This document shows positions 8,280 through 17,226 of a stretch of 64,000 bases of DNA, piece after piece. The position numbers were made by a program, and so were the translations under genes. Location: positions 3,136,001 through 3,200,000 of the forward strand of contig OZ254086.1 of assembly GCA_965267575.1 (NCBI GenBank). Reading direction: 5' to 3'. Under the pieces are notes generated by a model. That model saw only the letters and a program-made list of their open reading frames with translations. It did not search any database and was not told where the DNA came from. The stretch comes from Calditrichales bacterium. GTDB lineage: Bacteria > Calditrichota > Calditrichia > Calditrichales > J004. The stretch's first letter is position 1, and each line of letters starts with the position of its first letter.

Positions 8280-10777
8280 AACGCATAGCATACTGGGGAA
8301 TTCTATTTATGTGTACGGTTAGTTTGGCTACCGGTCAAACCGCGGCCGAAATAAATCAAAAATTGTTGCCGCCCGTTAAGGAGCTGGAAAAGGGCTCGGG
8401 AACTTTAAAGCTTGACGCGGGCTTCTCGATCGCCGCTCAACCCGGGCTGGAAAATGAAGCCGCCTTTTTGAAACAATACATAAGCGAGCACACCGGCCTG
8501 GACCTGCAAAGCGCAGACCCGTCAAAAATTGGTGATTCCAGCAATACGATCGTTTTGGCGCAGCAGGCCGTTCCGTTTGTGGATGCGCTTTTGCCTGCGC
8601 TGGATGACGAGGAAATGACCGACAGCATATCCGGCACCTACTACATGCTCAACATCGAAGGACGGCAGATTTCCGTTGTTTCTTCCGGCAGGGACGGCGT
8701 TTTCTATGGCGTGCAGACGCTGCGCCAGTTGCTCGATCTTTACGGTGCTGAGTTACCGCAGCTTACGATTATTGACTGGCCCGATTTCCACATGCGCGGC
8801 ATCACCGATGATATGAGCCGCGGCCAGGTTTCGACGATGGAGAACTTTAAAACCATCATCCGCTTTCTGGCACGTTTTAAGATGAATGTTTACATGCCCT
8901 ATATCGAAGATATTTTCCAATTTAAATCCTATCCGTCATTCGGAAAAAACCGTGGCGCCATGACTGCCGCAGAGTGGCGCGAATTACAGGATTATGCCAA
9001 ACAATATCACGTGGAGATCATTCCCATTTTTCAGACGCTGGGGCATTATGAAAACATTCTGCTGCAGGAGGAATTTATGCATCTTGCTGAATTTCCCGGT
9101 GCGGCTTCGCTGAATATTGCCAATGAGGAGATCTATACGTTTCTTAAGAAAACCCTGGACGAAGTGATTGCCGCTTTTGACAGCGAGTGGTTTCACATCG
9201 GTGCCGACGAAAGCTGGGACGTGGGCAAATACGCCACAAAAGGCATGGCCGAGCGGCACTCTATCGCCACGGTGCATGCGCGTCATTACAATCGCGTATA
9301 CGATATGGTAAAAGAGCGCGGTAAAAAAGTGATGATGTACGGCGATATCGTTTTGCAGCACCCGGAAATACTCAATCAAATTCCCGAAGATATGGTGATG
9401 TTTGACTGGCATTATTTTCCCACTTACCACTATCCTTCGGTGGAGACATTTGCCAAAGCCGGCCAGCCGATCATTGTCTCACCGGGCATTCACAACTGGC
9501 GTAACTTTTTCCCAAGATTGTCCTTCGCGCTGACCAACATCCATCATCTTACTCAGGACGGTTTTGAGCACAACGCGATGGGTGCCATAACATCGAACTG
9601 GGGCGATTACGGCGCGATGAACCTGCGCGAGCTTAATTATTACGGCAACGCCTTTGCAGCGGCCAGCGCCTGGCAGCATGACTATGACGCTTATACTGAA
9701 TTTGAGCAAAATTTTGCCCGTTATTTTTATGGTGACGACAGCGAGGCGCTTTTGCTGGCCCATAACGCGCTGGCCCAAATGGCCCAGCAAGTGGAATGGC
9801 TTACGATTGTTTCGCATCCTTTTCACGCCGGCTACAAAAGCGATCTGAATACGATGCGTGAAAGCGCGGGCCTGACCCGCGGCGGTGCAGAAATTAAAGA
9901 CCTGCTGGAAAATATTGATATGCCGCGCAATGAAGAGCACCTTGACTACCTGCGTCTCTCGGCGGATGTTTACGCCTGGTACGGCAGGCTTTCAACCTTG
10001 CGTCTACAGATGCTGGACGCGCAGATGAACCCCCCGGGTGAGGAACAAACGGAAAACCTGCAGGCTGCAGCCGTTCAACTGGGCTTGGACGCGGCACAAT
10101 TGGGTGAACGTTTTGGCGCGCTTTGGAAAAGAACCAACCGGCCTGATAATGTACAACGCATGACCGGTCTGTGGCAGAACCTGAGCCGTTACCTGCTCAT
10201 AAAGAGTGACGAAATAGCAACCGGCAACCTGGCCTTTAACGGAACACTGCCGGGACCTTTCATCACGTATCCGTCGGATGAGAAACAATCATTGCCTGAA
10301 AGTTATCTGCGCTACCACTTTGAGATAGACGGCACAGGCGATGAAGCCGTGGTACAACTGATAGCCAATTCTCACGCGATCTTGTTTATAAACGGCGAAG
10401 AAGTAGGTGAAGTAGTGGCGCGCAAATCTCTCTCCGCTGTTGTGGAAGAAGCGCGGGTAATGAGTTTTAATGCCAAACCCTATTTACGTAAAGGTGAAAA
10501 TGTGATTGCCGTAAAGGTGCGGAATTATACCGGCGGCAGGGCATCGGCTCATGTGTGGCTACAGGTAAAGGAAGATGACTTCTGGCGCGGGCCGCTTCTG
10601 ACATCGACCTACTGGAAAGCCGCGGACAAGCTTTTTGAGGACTGGGCAAAGATTGATTTTGACGACAGCAACTGGCCTAACGCCATCGATGCGGGCATCA
10701 CGTGGGAGATCAGCCGCCCTTACTTTGATCATGATATACCTTCGCGGATTGAATATTACAGTCGCGGCGGACATTAA
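8276..10777 (+). CDS. Secreted GH20-family beta-N-acetylhexosaminidase-like glycoside hydrolase with C-terminal beta-sandwich
   Basis: Signal peptide, FYGVQTLRQ, DWPDF..RG..DD.SRG, QTLGH, catalytic HIGADE, WGDYG; ATGA overlap with the amidase. Confidence 0.85.
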   Translation: MKRIAYWGILFMCTVSLATGQTAAEINQKLLPPVKELEKGSGTLKLDAGFSIAAQPGLENEAAFLKQYISEHTGLDLQSADPSKIGDSSNTIVLAQQAVPFVDALLPALDDEEMTDSISGTYYMLNIEGRQISVVSSGRDGVFYGVQTLRQLLDLYGAELPQLTIIDWPDFHMRGITDDMSRGQVSTMENFKTIIRFLARFKMNVYMPYIEDIFQFKSYPSFGKNRGAMTAAEWRELQDYAKQYHVEIIPIFQTLGHYENILLQEEFMHLAEFPGAASLNIANEEIYTFLKKTLDEVIAAFDSEWFHIGADESWDVGKYATKGMAERHSIATVHARHYNRVYDMVKERGKKVMMYGDIVLQHPEILNQIPEDMVMFDWHYFPTYHYPSVETFAKAGQPIIVSPGIHNWRNFFPRLSFALTNIHHLTQDGFEHNAMGAITSNWGDYGAMNLRELNYYGNAFAAASAWQHDYDAYTEFEQNFARYFYGDDSEALLLAHNALAQMAQQVEWLTIVSHPFHAGYKSDLNTMRESAGLTRGGAEIKDLLENIDMPRNEEHLDYLRLSADVYAWYGRLSTLRLQMLDAQMNPPGEEQTENLQAAAVQLGLDAAQLGERFGALWKRTNRPDNVQRMTGLWQNLSRYLLIKSDEIATGNLAFNGTLPGPFITYPSDEKQSLPESYLRYHFEIDGTGDEAVVQLIANSHAILFINGEEVGEVVARKSLSAVVEEARVMSFNAKPYLRKGENVIAVKVRNYTGGRASAHVWLQVKEDDFWRGPLLTSTYWKAADKLFEDWAKIDFDDSNWPNAIDAGITWEISRPYFDHDIPSRIEYYSRGGH

Positions 10778-10808
10778 TAAAAAGTGATAGCAGAGGGATT
10801 AGAAATAT

Positions 10809-11633
10809 ATGCAAAATAACAAAAACATCAGCAGCGACCTGGAAGATCACTACAACGTGAGTGGAGCGCTGAAGCAGGCCTTTGAGCGTGACGGATTTAT
10901 CAAGCTTAAAAATGTTCTGGCTGCAGAAACGCTGGATTATTACCGCGAGCTTATCAACGAGCTGGTTTTTAAATACAACAAGCAGACTGTACCGCTGGCC
11001 GAGCGCGATACGTACCACAAGGCGTTTTTACAAATATCCAACCTGTGGCGCCGTGAAGAAGAAGCGCGCAAGCTGGCTTTCGCCCGGAAGACCGCTCAAA
11101 TCGCCGCCGACCTGCTGGGCGTGCGCGGCGTGCGCATGTACCATGACCAGGCTTTGTACAAAGAACCATCCGGTGGCTTTACGCCCTGGCACGCGGACCA
11201 GCAGTATTGGCCGTTTGCCACGGACCGTTGCGTGACGGTCTGGATTCCGTTGCAGGAAACGCCGCTGGAAATGGGGCCGCTGGCATTTGCGCCGGGCTCA
11301 CACAAAACCACCTTTGCCCGCAATCTGCCCATTGGCGATGAGAGCGAGCGGATTATTGAGGAAAAGGTGCGCGAGATGGGACTTGAACAATCGATGACGC
11401 CGTTTGAAGCCGGCGAAGTAAGCTACCACCTGGGCTGGACGCTGCACCGGGCAGGCCCCAACAGCACGGATAGCGCACGCTCGGTTATGACGATGATCTA
11501 TATGGATGTGGATATGAAGCTGGCCGAACCGGCCAACGAGTTCCAGAAGGTGGACCGCGACGTGTTTTGTCCGGGCATTAAGCCCGGAGAGGCCATTGAT
11601 ACGGAGATGAGCCCGGTTTTATTTGTGCGCTGA
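10809..11633 (+). CDS. Phytanoyl-CoA dioxygenase (PhyH) family Fe(II)/2-oxoglutarate enzyme
   Basis: FERDGF, TPWHADQ (HxD), TVWIPL, PGSH, TLHRAGPN (distal His). Confidence 0.88.
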   Translation: MQNNKNISSDLEDHYNVSGALKQAFERDGFIKLKNVLAAETLDYYRELINELVFKYNKQTVPLAERDTYHKAFLQISNLWRREEEARKLAFARKTAQIAADLLGVRGVRMYHDQALYKEPSGGFTPWHADQQYWPFATDRCVTVWIPLQETPLEMGPLAFAPGSHKTTFARNLPIGDESERIIEEKVREMGLEQSMTPFEAGEVSYHLGWTLHRAGPNSTDSARSVMTMIYMDVDMKLAEPANEFQKVDRDVFCPGIKPGEAIDTEMSPVLFVR

Positions 11634-12893
11634 CAGCGCCTTAAAGACTTTTTCCGGTTTTGTCTGACGATCAATTGTAAGGAAAGGCTGCACGCGGTGT
11701 GTGGCCTTTTCTTGTTTCAGCCTTTTTTCCCCGGCACCGGTTATGTTTAACAGTATTTTGTCATCTTGTTTTATTTTTTTTGTGCTGATTGCCTTTTGCA
11801 GGGATGCTACGGCAACGGCTGCTGCCGGTAAAATGTCGATGCCTTCCAGTTCTTCAAAAAGCTTTTGGGCCTGTAAAGCCTCATCGTTGCTAATGCCGTA
11901 CATTTCGCCGTTGCTGGTCGAGAGGATATCGTGCAGGCCGCCGGTAATATTATAGGGTGGCTGGCGGTTGGAAAGTACTTTGGCAAATATTTTACTAAGA
12001 TCGCGCCGGGCCTCTTCCTCAGCGGGAGGTGTAAACAGGCTGTTTCCGCCCATCCAGCAATCGACCACCGGTACAAAAGGCCTGTTTTGAGAAAGATGCA
12101 GCTTCATGCTGTATTGTTTGTCGATAAAGCCTAGCTTTTTCAGACGTCGTTGCGCTTCCCAGGCGGCAATCGCACCCGTACCGCTGCCAATGGCCTGGAA
12201 ATAGTGCTGCGGCAGAAAGCCCAGTTTTTCCGCGGCTACCATAACGCTAAGCCCCATGCCGTCGCGCCGGGCCACGTTTTTCGCGCCCCCTTCGGCGATC
12301 AAACCATCAAAGCAGGCCAGGCTGTTGGCCAGTTTTATGGCATCCAGGTAGTCTCCGTCTTTTATTGAGATCAGCCTCACACCTTTTGACGGCGGCTCAA
12401 CCGTCCAGATCTCCTTTTCCGCAAACTCCGGAACGACCAGAATCACTTCCATATTGTTGCGGTTACAGACATGTGCAAAGGCACGCGCGGTATTGCCCGC
12501 TGAGGCTACAACCAGTTTTTGCCCTGCGCCGCAGCATAGCCTCGACAAAACAGAAAACGCTTCCAGCTCTTTAAAGGATACGCTTTCGATAAACGCTCCT
12601 TTTTCCGGCCAGTAGCCGCTCAGGGTTATATAAAGGCTGTCTAGTCCCAGAAAGCGGGCCAGTTCCGTACTTTGATAAACCACGGGCAGGGCGCTACCCT
12701 CCAGAACGTGCGTGCATGGTAAATAGGGCAAAAAACGAAAGATACCCGGTGCATCTTCAAGTGGCTTAAAGCCCGATGCCGTATAGCAGGTTTGGAGAAA
12801 TGCCGGACGATGAGGCTTAAGGCAATCAAGCCGCGTGCCGTCGTCATGATATGATTTTCCGCATTCCATGCAGATAAGAGAATAATGGTCCAT
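11619..12893 (-). CDS. Cysteate synthase (PLP-dependent, threonine-synthase-like fold)
   Basis: N-terminal CxxC, GYWPEKGA...SFKELEA (PLP lysine), ASAGNTARAF, EGGAKNVARRDGMG, YFQAIGSGTG, LSNRQPPY, LNITG; start ATG 12893. Confidence 0.82.
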   Translation of the reverse strand: MDHYSLICMECGKSYHDDGTRLDCLKPHRPAFLQTCYTASGFKPLEDAPGIFRFLPYLPCTHVLEGSALPVVYQSTELARFLGLDSLYITLSGYWPEKGAFIESVSFKELEAFSVLSRLCCGAGQKLVVASAGNTARAFAHVCNRNNMEVILVVPEFAEKEIWTVEPPSKGVRLISIKDGDYLDAIKLANSLACFDGLIAEGGAKNVARRDGMGLSVMVAAEKLGFLPQHYFQAIGSGTGAIAAWEAQRRLKKLGFIDKQYSMKLHLSQNRPFVPVVDCWMGGNSLFTPPAEEEARRDLSKIFAKVLSNRQPPYNITGGLHDILSTSNGEMYGISNDEALQAQKLFEELEGIDILPAAAVAVASLQKAISTKKIKQDDKILLNITGAGEKRLKQEKATHRVQPFLTIDRQTKPEKVFKALSAHK

Positions 12894-12984
12894 TACCCGG
12901 CCGGTTTGGTAAACAAACGGCAAAGATAAAGAGCCTGCCGGAAAAGATGCAAACCCGAACGTAATTTTATGCGGCAGGTGGTTG

Positions 12985-14088
12985 TTAGTTTCTGTGGCTG
13001 TCCAGCCGGGCAAAAACATCCGAGAACTGGTCATAGGTTACCGGCTTAATCAGCAACGCATCGGCCTGCATGGTAATTTGACGAATTTCCTCGGTAAGTT
13101 CATAACCGGTCATGAATACAAATTTAGCCTGGATATTTTTGGCCTTGACCTTTTTAAAAAATTCTGTCCCTGACATCTTTGGCATAAAAATATCGGATAC
13201 AATTATACTGTACTCATTTTTTTCAAGAAGCTCCAGCGCTTCTTCGCCGCTTTCCACGCCGTCACATTCATAGCCTTTAAGCTGAAGCATTTCGGCAAGT
13301 GTTTCAACGATATATGTTTCATCATCCACAATCAAAATCCGTTTGGGCATTTGGACATCATCCGTTTTGTCCGCCGAGGAAGCCTCTATATCAAGAATGG
13401 AGTCATCCAGATAAGATTTATCCTGGAGGACGGTTATATTGCGCATCTTCATCTGTAAAGTCATAAGCCTATCCACAAGTTCCAGACAATCGTCTATATG
13501 TTTGTTTTTTGTTTGGTTTTGCATCAGTTGCAGTTTAAAGTGCAGCGCCTGCAGCGGCTGGGAAAATTCATGGGCTATGGCGCCGGAAAGCTTTTTGATA
13601 CTCTCCAGGTTTTTCATTTCAAGAAGCCGTTCCTGGTGTGTTTTTAGTTGATTTAGAGCTTCGCGCAATTCACTTTGAACGCTCAGCAATCTTTTTTCGT
13701 TGGCTTTATGGGCCATGGCATAGCGGATACAGCGTTCCAGTGTCTTTGCGTCTATTTTTCCCTTTACCAAAAAGTCCAGCGCGCCGGCCTGCATAGCCGC
13801 AATATCCGCTTCTATGCTGTCGATGCCGGTAAGGATAACCACCGGTGTTGATATGTTGTTTGACTTCAGATATTTCAAAAAATCGATTGCCGAATTGTCT
13901 TTCCCCAGGTTGTAATCCGTAAGAAAAAGGTCATACTCTTTTTGGGCGCACTGTATTTTGGCCTTTTCAATTGAACTGACCCAGTCGAGGCTGGCCTTCA
14001 TCGTCTGCATCCCTGCAACCTCGTCCTTCAGGATGATGAAATCCTCTTCATCATCATCAATCATTAGCAGGCGTATCTCTTTATCCAT
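12985..14088 (-). CDS. Dual-receiver protein: REC - coiled coil/HisKA-like - REC
   Basis: Two receiver domains (LMIDDD..D..TG..K; LIVDDE..D.FMP..TG..KP) flanking an H-box AHEFSQPL; no HATPase motifs seen. Confidence 0.85.
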   Translation of the reverse strand: MDKEIRLLMIDDDEEDFIILKDEVAGMQTMKASLDWVSSIEKAKIQCAQKEYDLFLTDYNLGKDNSAIDFLKYLKSNNISTPVVILTGIDSIEADIAAMQAGALDFLVKGKIDAKTLERCIRYAMAHKANEKRLLSVQSELREALNQLKTHQERLLEMKNLESIKKLSGAIAHEFSQPLQALHFKLQLMQNQTKNKHIDDCLELVDRLMTLQMKMRNITVLQDKSYLDDSILDIEASSADKTDDVQMPKRILIVDDETYIVETLAEMLQLKGYECDGVESGEEALELLEKNEYSIIVSDIFMPKMSGTEFFKKVKAKNIQAKFVFMTGYELTEEIRQITMQADALLIKPVTYDQFSDVFARLDSHRN

Positions 14089-14108
14089 TATAACCCCTGG
14101 GATACGTT

Positions 14109-14534
14109 TTATAGCTGCGAGGGCAGCATGACATTATCAAACCAGTAAGAAGAGATCGATTTGACCGCTTTACGCCAGTCCCTGAAGTGCAGTGGTTTGG
14201 GAATATAGCCGGCTGCTCCCAATTCATAAGCAGAAAGTACATCGTTGGAAGCGCTGGACGTTGTAAAAATAATAACAGGAACGGATTTCCAGAAACGGTT
14301 AGTTTTAATTTGCTCCAGTACTTCCTTTCCGTTTTTTGCCGGTACGTTCAGATCCAGAATGATTAAAGCCGGCCAGGCGTGCAGGCTGTTTTTTTGTAAG
14401 TATTCCAGTAACCTTTCGCCGTTGTCAAAAAAGAGCAGCTCGCACGGCACAGCCTGCTCCTCAAAGGCATCCCGCAACATTTTCTGATCGTCTTTGTCAT
14501 CTTCCAGTACAAGGATGAGATTATTCTTGTCCAT
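14109..14534 (-). CDS. Single-domain response regulator (Rcp1-like)
   Basis: LEDDKDD, LDLNVP..NG, FTTS...DV..AY.LGA.GYI.KP, YW. Confidence 0.9.
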   Translation of the reverse strand: MDKNNLILVLEDDKDDQKMLRDAFEEQAVPCELLFFDNGERLLEYLQKNSLHAWPALIILDLNVPAKNGKEVLEQIKTNRFWKSVPVIIFTTSSASNDVLSAYELGAAGYIPKPLHFRDWRKAVKSISSYWFDNVMLPSQL

Positions 14535-16587
14535 CTTTTTGGCCTTTTGGGGGTTGTTTTAGCGGAAGGCGGATAGTAAAAGTGGAGCCTTCTCCGGGAG
14601 CGCTGGCCACGTCAATCTCTCCACCGTGAGAATCAACAATCTTTCTGCAAATGGAGAGCCCGATGCCGGAGCCCTCGTATTCGCTGCGCCCGTGCAGCCG
14701 CTGAAACAATCCGAAAATTTTATCTTTGTAGCGTGTGTCAAAACCAATACCATTGTCTTTAATGGAAATGCTTATGCTTTTCTCACGGTTTTTCTTATCG
14801 GCGCGCTTTTGCCGCTTGTTTAGTCTGATTTCAACCATTGGCCGCTGATCCTTTTTTCTGAACTTGAGAGCATTGCCAATAAGGTTTTGAAACAGCTGAA
14901 CCATTTGATTGGAATCCGCTTTAATAGCGGGCAGCTTGCCTCGTTTAATTTCAGCGCCGGTTTCTGTGATGGTTCTTTCCAGGTAGCCCAATACTTCATC
15001 CAGCGTTTTGTCCAGGTCTGTTCTAGCAAAGTTCAGGCTGCGGCTAAATCTGGAGAAGGCCAGGAGGCCATCGATCATATGGGTCATGCGTGATGCCGCA
15101 GCAGTCATACGTTGCAGATAGTCGGCAGGTTCTTTCTCCATTGTCCCCGCCAGGTGTTCGTTAAGCCGTTCGCCGAAGGCGGTTATTTTACGTAGAGGTT
15201 CTTTGAGATCGTGGGAAGCTATATAGGCAAATTGTTCCAGTTCCTCGTTGGATCGTGAAAGCTGCGCTGTGCGCGCTTCCAGTTGCTGCTGTGCTTTTAC
15301 GCGGTCGCTTATATCTTCTACAACAGCAATAAAATAATCGCCTTCCCTCGGGTTCTTCCGGACAATCGCTACGGTAAGTTTAACCCAGACAACGCTGCCG
15401 TTTTTTCGAATGTAACGTTTCTCGATGGCGTAATTATCTATTTCTCCCTTTAGGCAACGGCGCACATTTTCGATATCAGCATTAAGGTCATCTGGATGGG
15501 TTATCTGCTGAAAGGTCAGACCGGGTATCTCTTCAGGTGGGTAGCCCACTATATCACAATAGCGCTTATTTATGCGAATAAAACGCCCTTCCAGATCCAC
15601 ATGGGCCATGCCTACGGCCGCCTGTTCAAAGGTGTTGCGGAAACGTTCCTCGCTTTCCCGCAGGATTTTTTGCGCATCTTTCTGATCAGTAATGTCGCGC
15701 GCAATGGTCGATGCGCCGATCACCTTACCCTGATGGTTCATAATCGGAGAGATTGTCAATGATACATGGATGCGATGTCCGTCTTTTGTCATGCGGACTG
15801 TCTCATAACGATCTATGGGAATACCTTTTCCGATTTGTTCAAGAATCGGCGTTATATCATCTTCATGTTCCGGGGGCAGTAAAATATAAATTGGCTTACC
15901 GATTATCTCCTCGGAGCTGTAACCGTAAATACGTTCAGCGGATTTGTTCCAGCTTTCGATAATTCCGTCCAGTGATTTGCTCAGAACGGCATCTTCGGTT
16001 GACTCGATGATGGATGCCATATACAGCAGTCTTTTCTCCAGCTCTTCGCGCCTGGTTATCTCTCTGCGCAAAAGATTATTGGCTGCCCGCAGTCCCGTTG
16101 TTTTTTCTTCAACTGTTTTCTGCAGGTTGGCGTGCGAATCCTCCAGCTCTTTTTGGGCGCGTACCCGTTCGGCGATGTTATGATTTAATTCTTCAATTAT
16201 ATGCTTTAGCTGCTCCGTGCTCGGAATGTTGCGTGCTTTGGGGATCATTGGCCACAGGATTATTGCCGTTGCCAGTGAAACCCCGGCTGTCACGGCTTTG
16301 ACGATGCCGTCGAATCGGTAGATCGGTTCCCACAGGGTAATGATCGCAAGAAGATGCGTGGAACCGCAGGCAAAAATAAAGGTGGCAAAAAGCAGAAGTA
16401 CGGAAGGAAAAATGAGGTCTTTTCGTTGTCGGTAAAAAACAAAAAGTGCCAGGGGAATAGAATAATAGGCTAATGCGATTAAACCATCGGACAGAACGTG
16501 CAGCCAGACCAGGTCCTGCTGCCAGTACATACAATGTCCGTGCGGCATATAATCGGTACTGAACAGATTACCAAAAAAATCAGCCAT
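14521..16587 (-). CDS. Sensor histidine kinase: ETR1-like three-TM input domain, two PAS domains, HisKA, HATPase
   Basis: MPHGHC..W, SDGLIALAYYSIP, FIFACGSTHL; PAS motifs WNKSAE.IYGY and THPDD; FAYIASHDLKEPLR; QNLIGNALKF, DNGIG, GSGIGL. Confidence 0.9.
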   Translation of the reverse strand: MADFFGNLFSTDYMPHGHCMYWQQDLVWLHVLSDGLIALAYYSIPLALFVFYRQRKDLIFPSVLLLFATFIFACGSTHLLAIITLWEPIYRFDGIVKAVTAGVSLATAIILWPMIPKARNIPSTEQLKHIIEELNHNIAERVRAQKELEDSHANLQKTVEEKTTGLRAANNLLRREITRREELEKRLLYMASIIESTEDAVLSKSLDGIIESWNKSAERIYGYSSEEIIGKPIYILLPPEHEDDITPILEQIGKGIPIDRYETVRMTKDGHRIHVSLTISPIMNHQGKVIGASTIARDITDQKDAQKILRESEERFRNTFEQAAVGMAHVDLEGRFIRINKRYCDIVGYPPEEIPGLTFQQITHPDDLNADIENVRRCLKGEIDNYAIEKRYIRKNGSVVWVKLTVAIVRKNPREGDYFIAVVEDISDRVKAQQQLEARTAQLSRSNEELEQFAYIASHDLKEPLRKITAFGERLNEHLAGTMEKEPADYLQRMTAAASRMTHMIDGLLAFSRFSRSLNFARTDLDKTLDEVLGYLERTITETGAEIKRGKLPAIKADSNQMVQLFQNLIGNALKFRKKDQRPMVEIRLNKRQKRADKKNREKSISISIKDNGIGFDTRYKDKIFGLFQRLHGRSEYEGSGIGLSICRKIVDSHGGEIDVASAPGEGSTFTIRLPLKQPPKGQKDGQE

Positions 16588-16716
16588 AATTTTTTCCGGT
16601 TTGAAGATGATAGTTATACAGGTTAGTTTTAGAGTCTGATGTTAAAACAATCGCATATATTTTATTTTTCTTAAATCCACAGAATTAAAACCAACACATT
16701 AACAGGAGGGAATACC

Positions 16717-17190
16717 ATGTACCGCTATTTTAAGTTGGCGTTATTGATACCCTTGACGATGATGCTGATTTTTTGCCAGCAACAACAGCAGGCTGAAGAG
16801 GAAGCCGCGCAAACCACAGAAACAGCTATGACCGGCACGACCTCCCCCGAAGGCGCTATGGTCTATTTTATTTCTCCGCAGGATGGCGAAACGGTTTCCG
16901 ATACATTTACAGTGCGTTTTGGGCTGAAGGGGATGGGCGTTGCGCCGGCAGGTGTTCAGCATGAAAATACCGGCCATCACCATTTGTTAATTAATTACAG
17001 TGGCTTACCGGATATGAACGTACCGATGCCGGCAAGTGACAGCCTGATCCATTATGGCACGGGGGCTACCGAAACAGACATCTCTCTGGAACCCGGCCAG
17101 CATACGCTGCAGCTTATCCTGGGTGATTTCTCGCATACACCGCACGATCCTCCGGTTATTTCTGATAAGATTACTATAACTGTAGAGTAA
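16717..17190 (+). CDS. DUF4399-domain exported protein, probable lipoprotein
   Basis: AGGAGG RBS; signal peptide ending in Cys; YFISPQDG, FGLKGMGVAPAG, TGHHHLLI, PGQHTLQLILGD..H. Confidence 0.85.
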   Translation: MYRYFKLALLIPLTMMLIFCQQQQQAEEEAAQTTETAMTGTTSPEGAMVYFISPQDGETVSDTFTVRFGLKGMGVAPAGVQHENTGHHHLLINYSGLPDMNVPMPASDSLIHYGTGATETDISLEPGQHTLQLILGDFSHTPHDPPVISDKITITVE

Positions 17191-17196
17191 AACGCG

Positions 17197-17226
17197 AAAG
17201 GTCGTCTTAACGGGCGGCCTTTTTTT
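17197..17226. terminator. Probable intrinsic terminator between convergent genes
   Basis: AAAGGTCGTCT-TAAC-GGGCGGCCTTTTTTTT hairpin with G-U pairs and a T tract; the ypdA stop codon lies inside it. Confidence 0.6.

Noticed and set aside
559..11633. Rhodopsin gene near crtI and the oxygenase
   Set aside because: No seven-TM ORF with a retinal-binding Lys motif (DxxxK) was found in this region.
12894..13034. N-terminal extension of the cysteate synthase in the ORF track
   Set aside because: It overlaps the upstream regulator gene; family-like sequence begins at ATG 12893.
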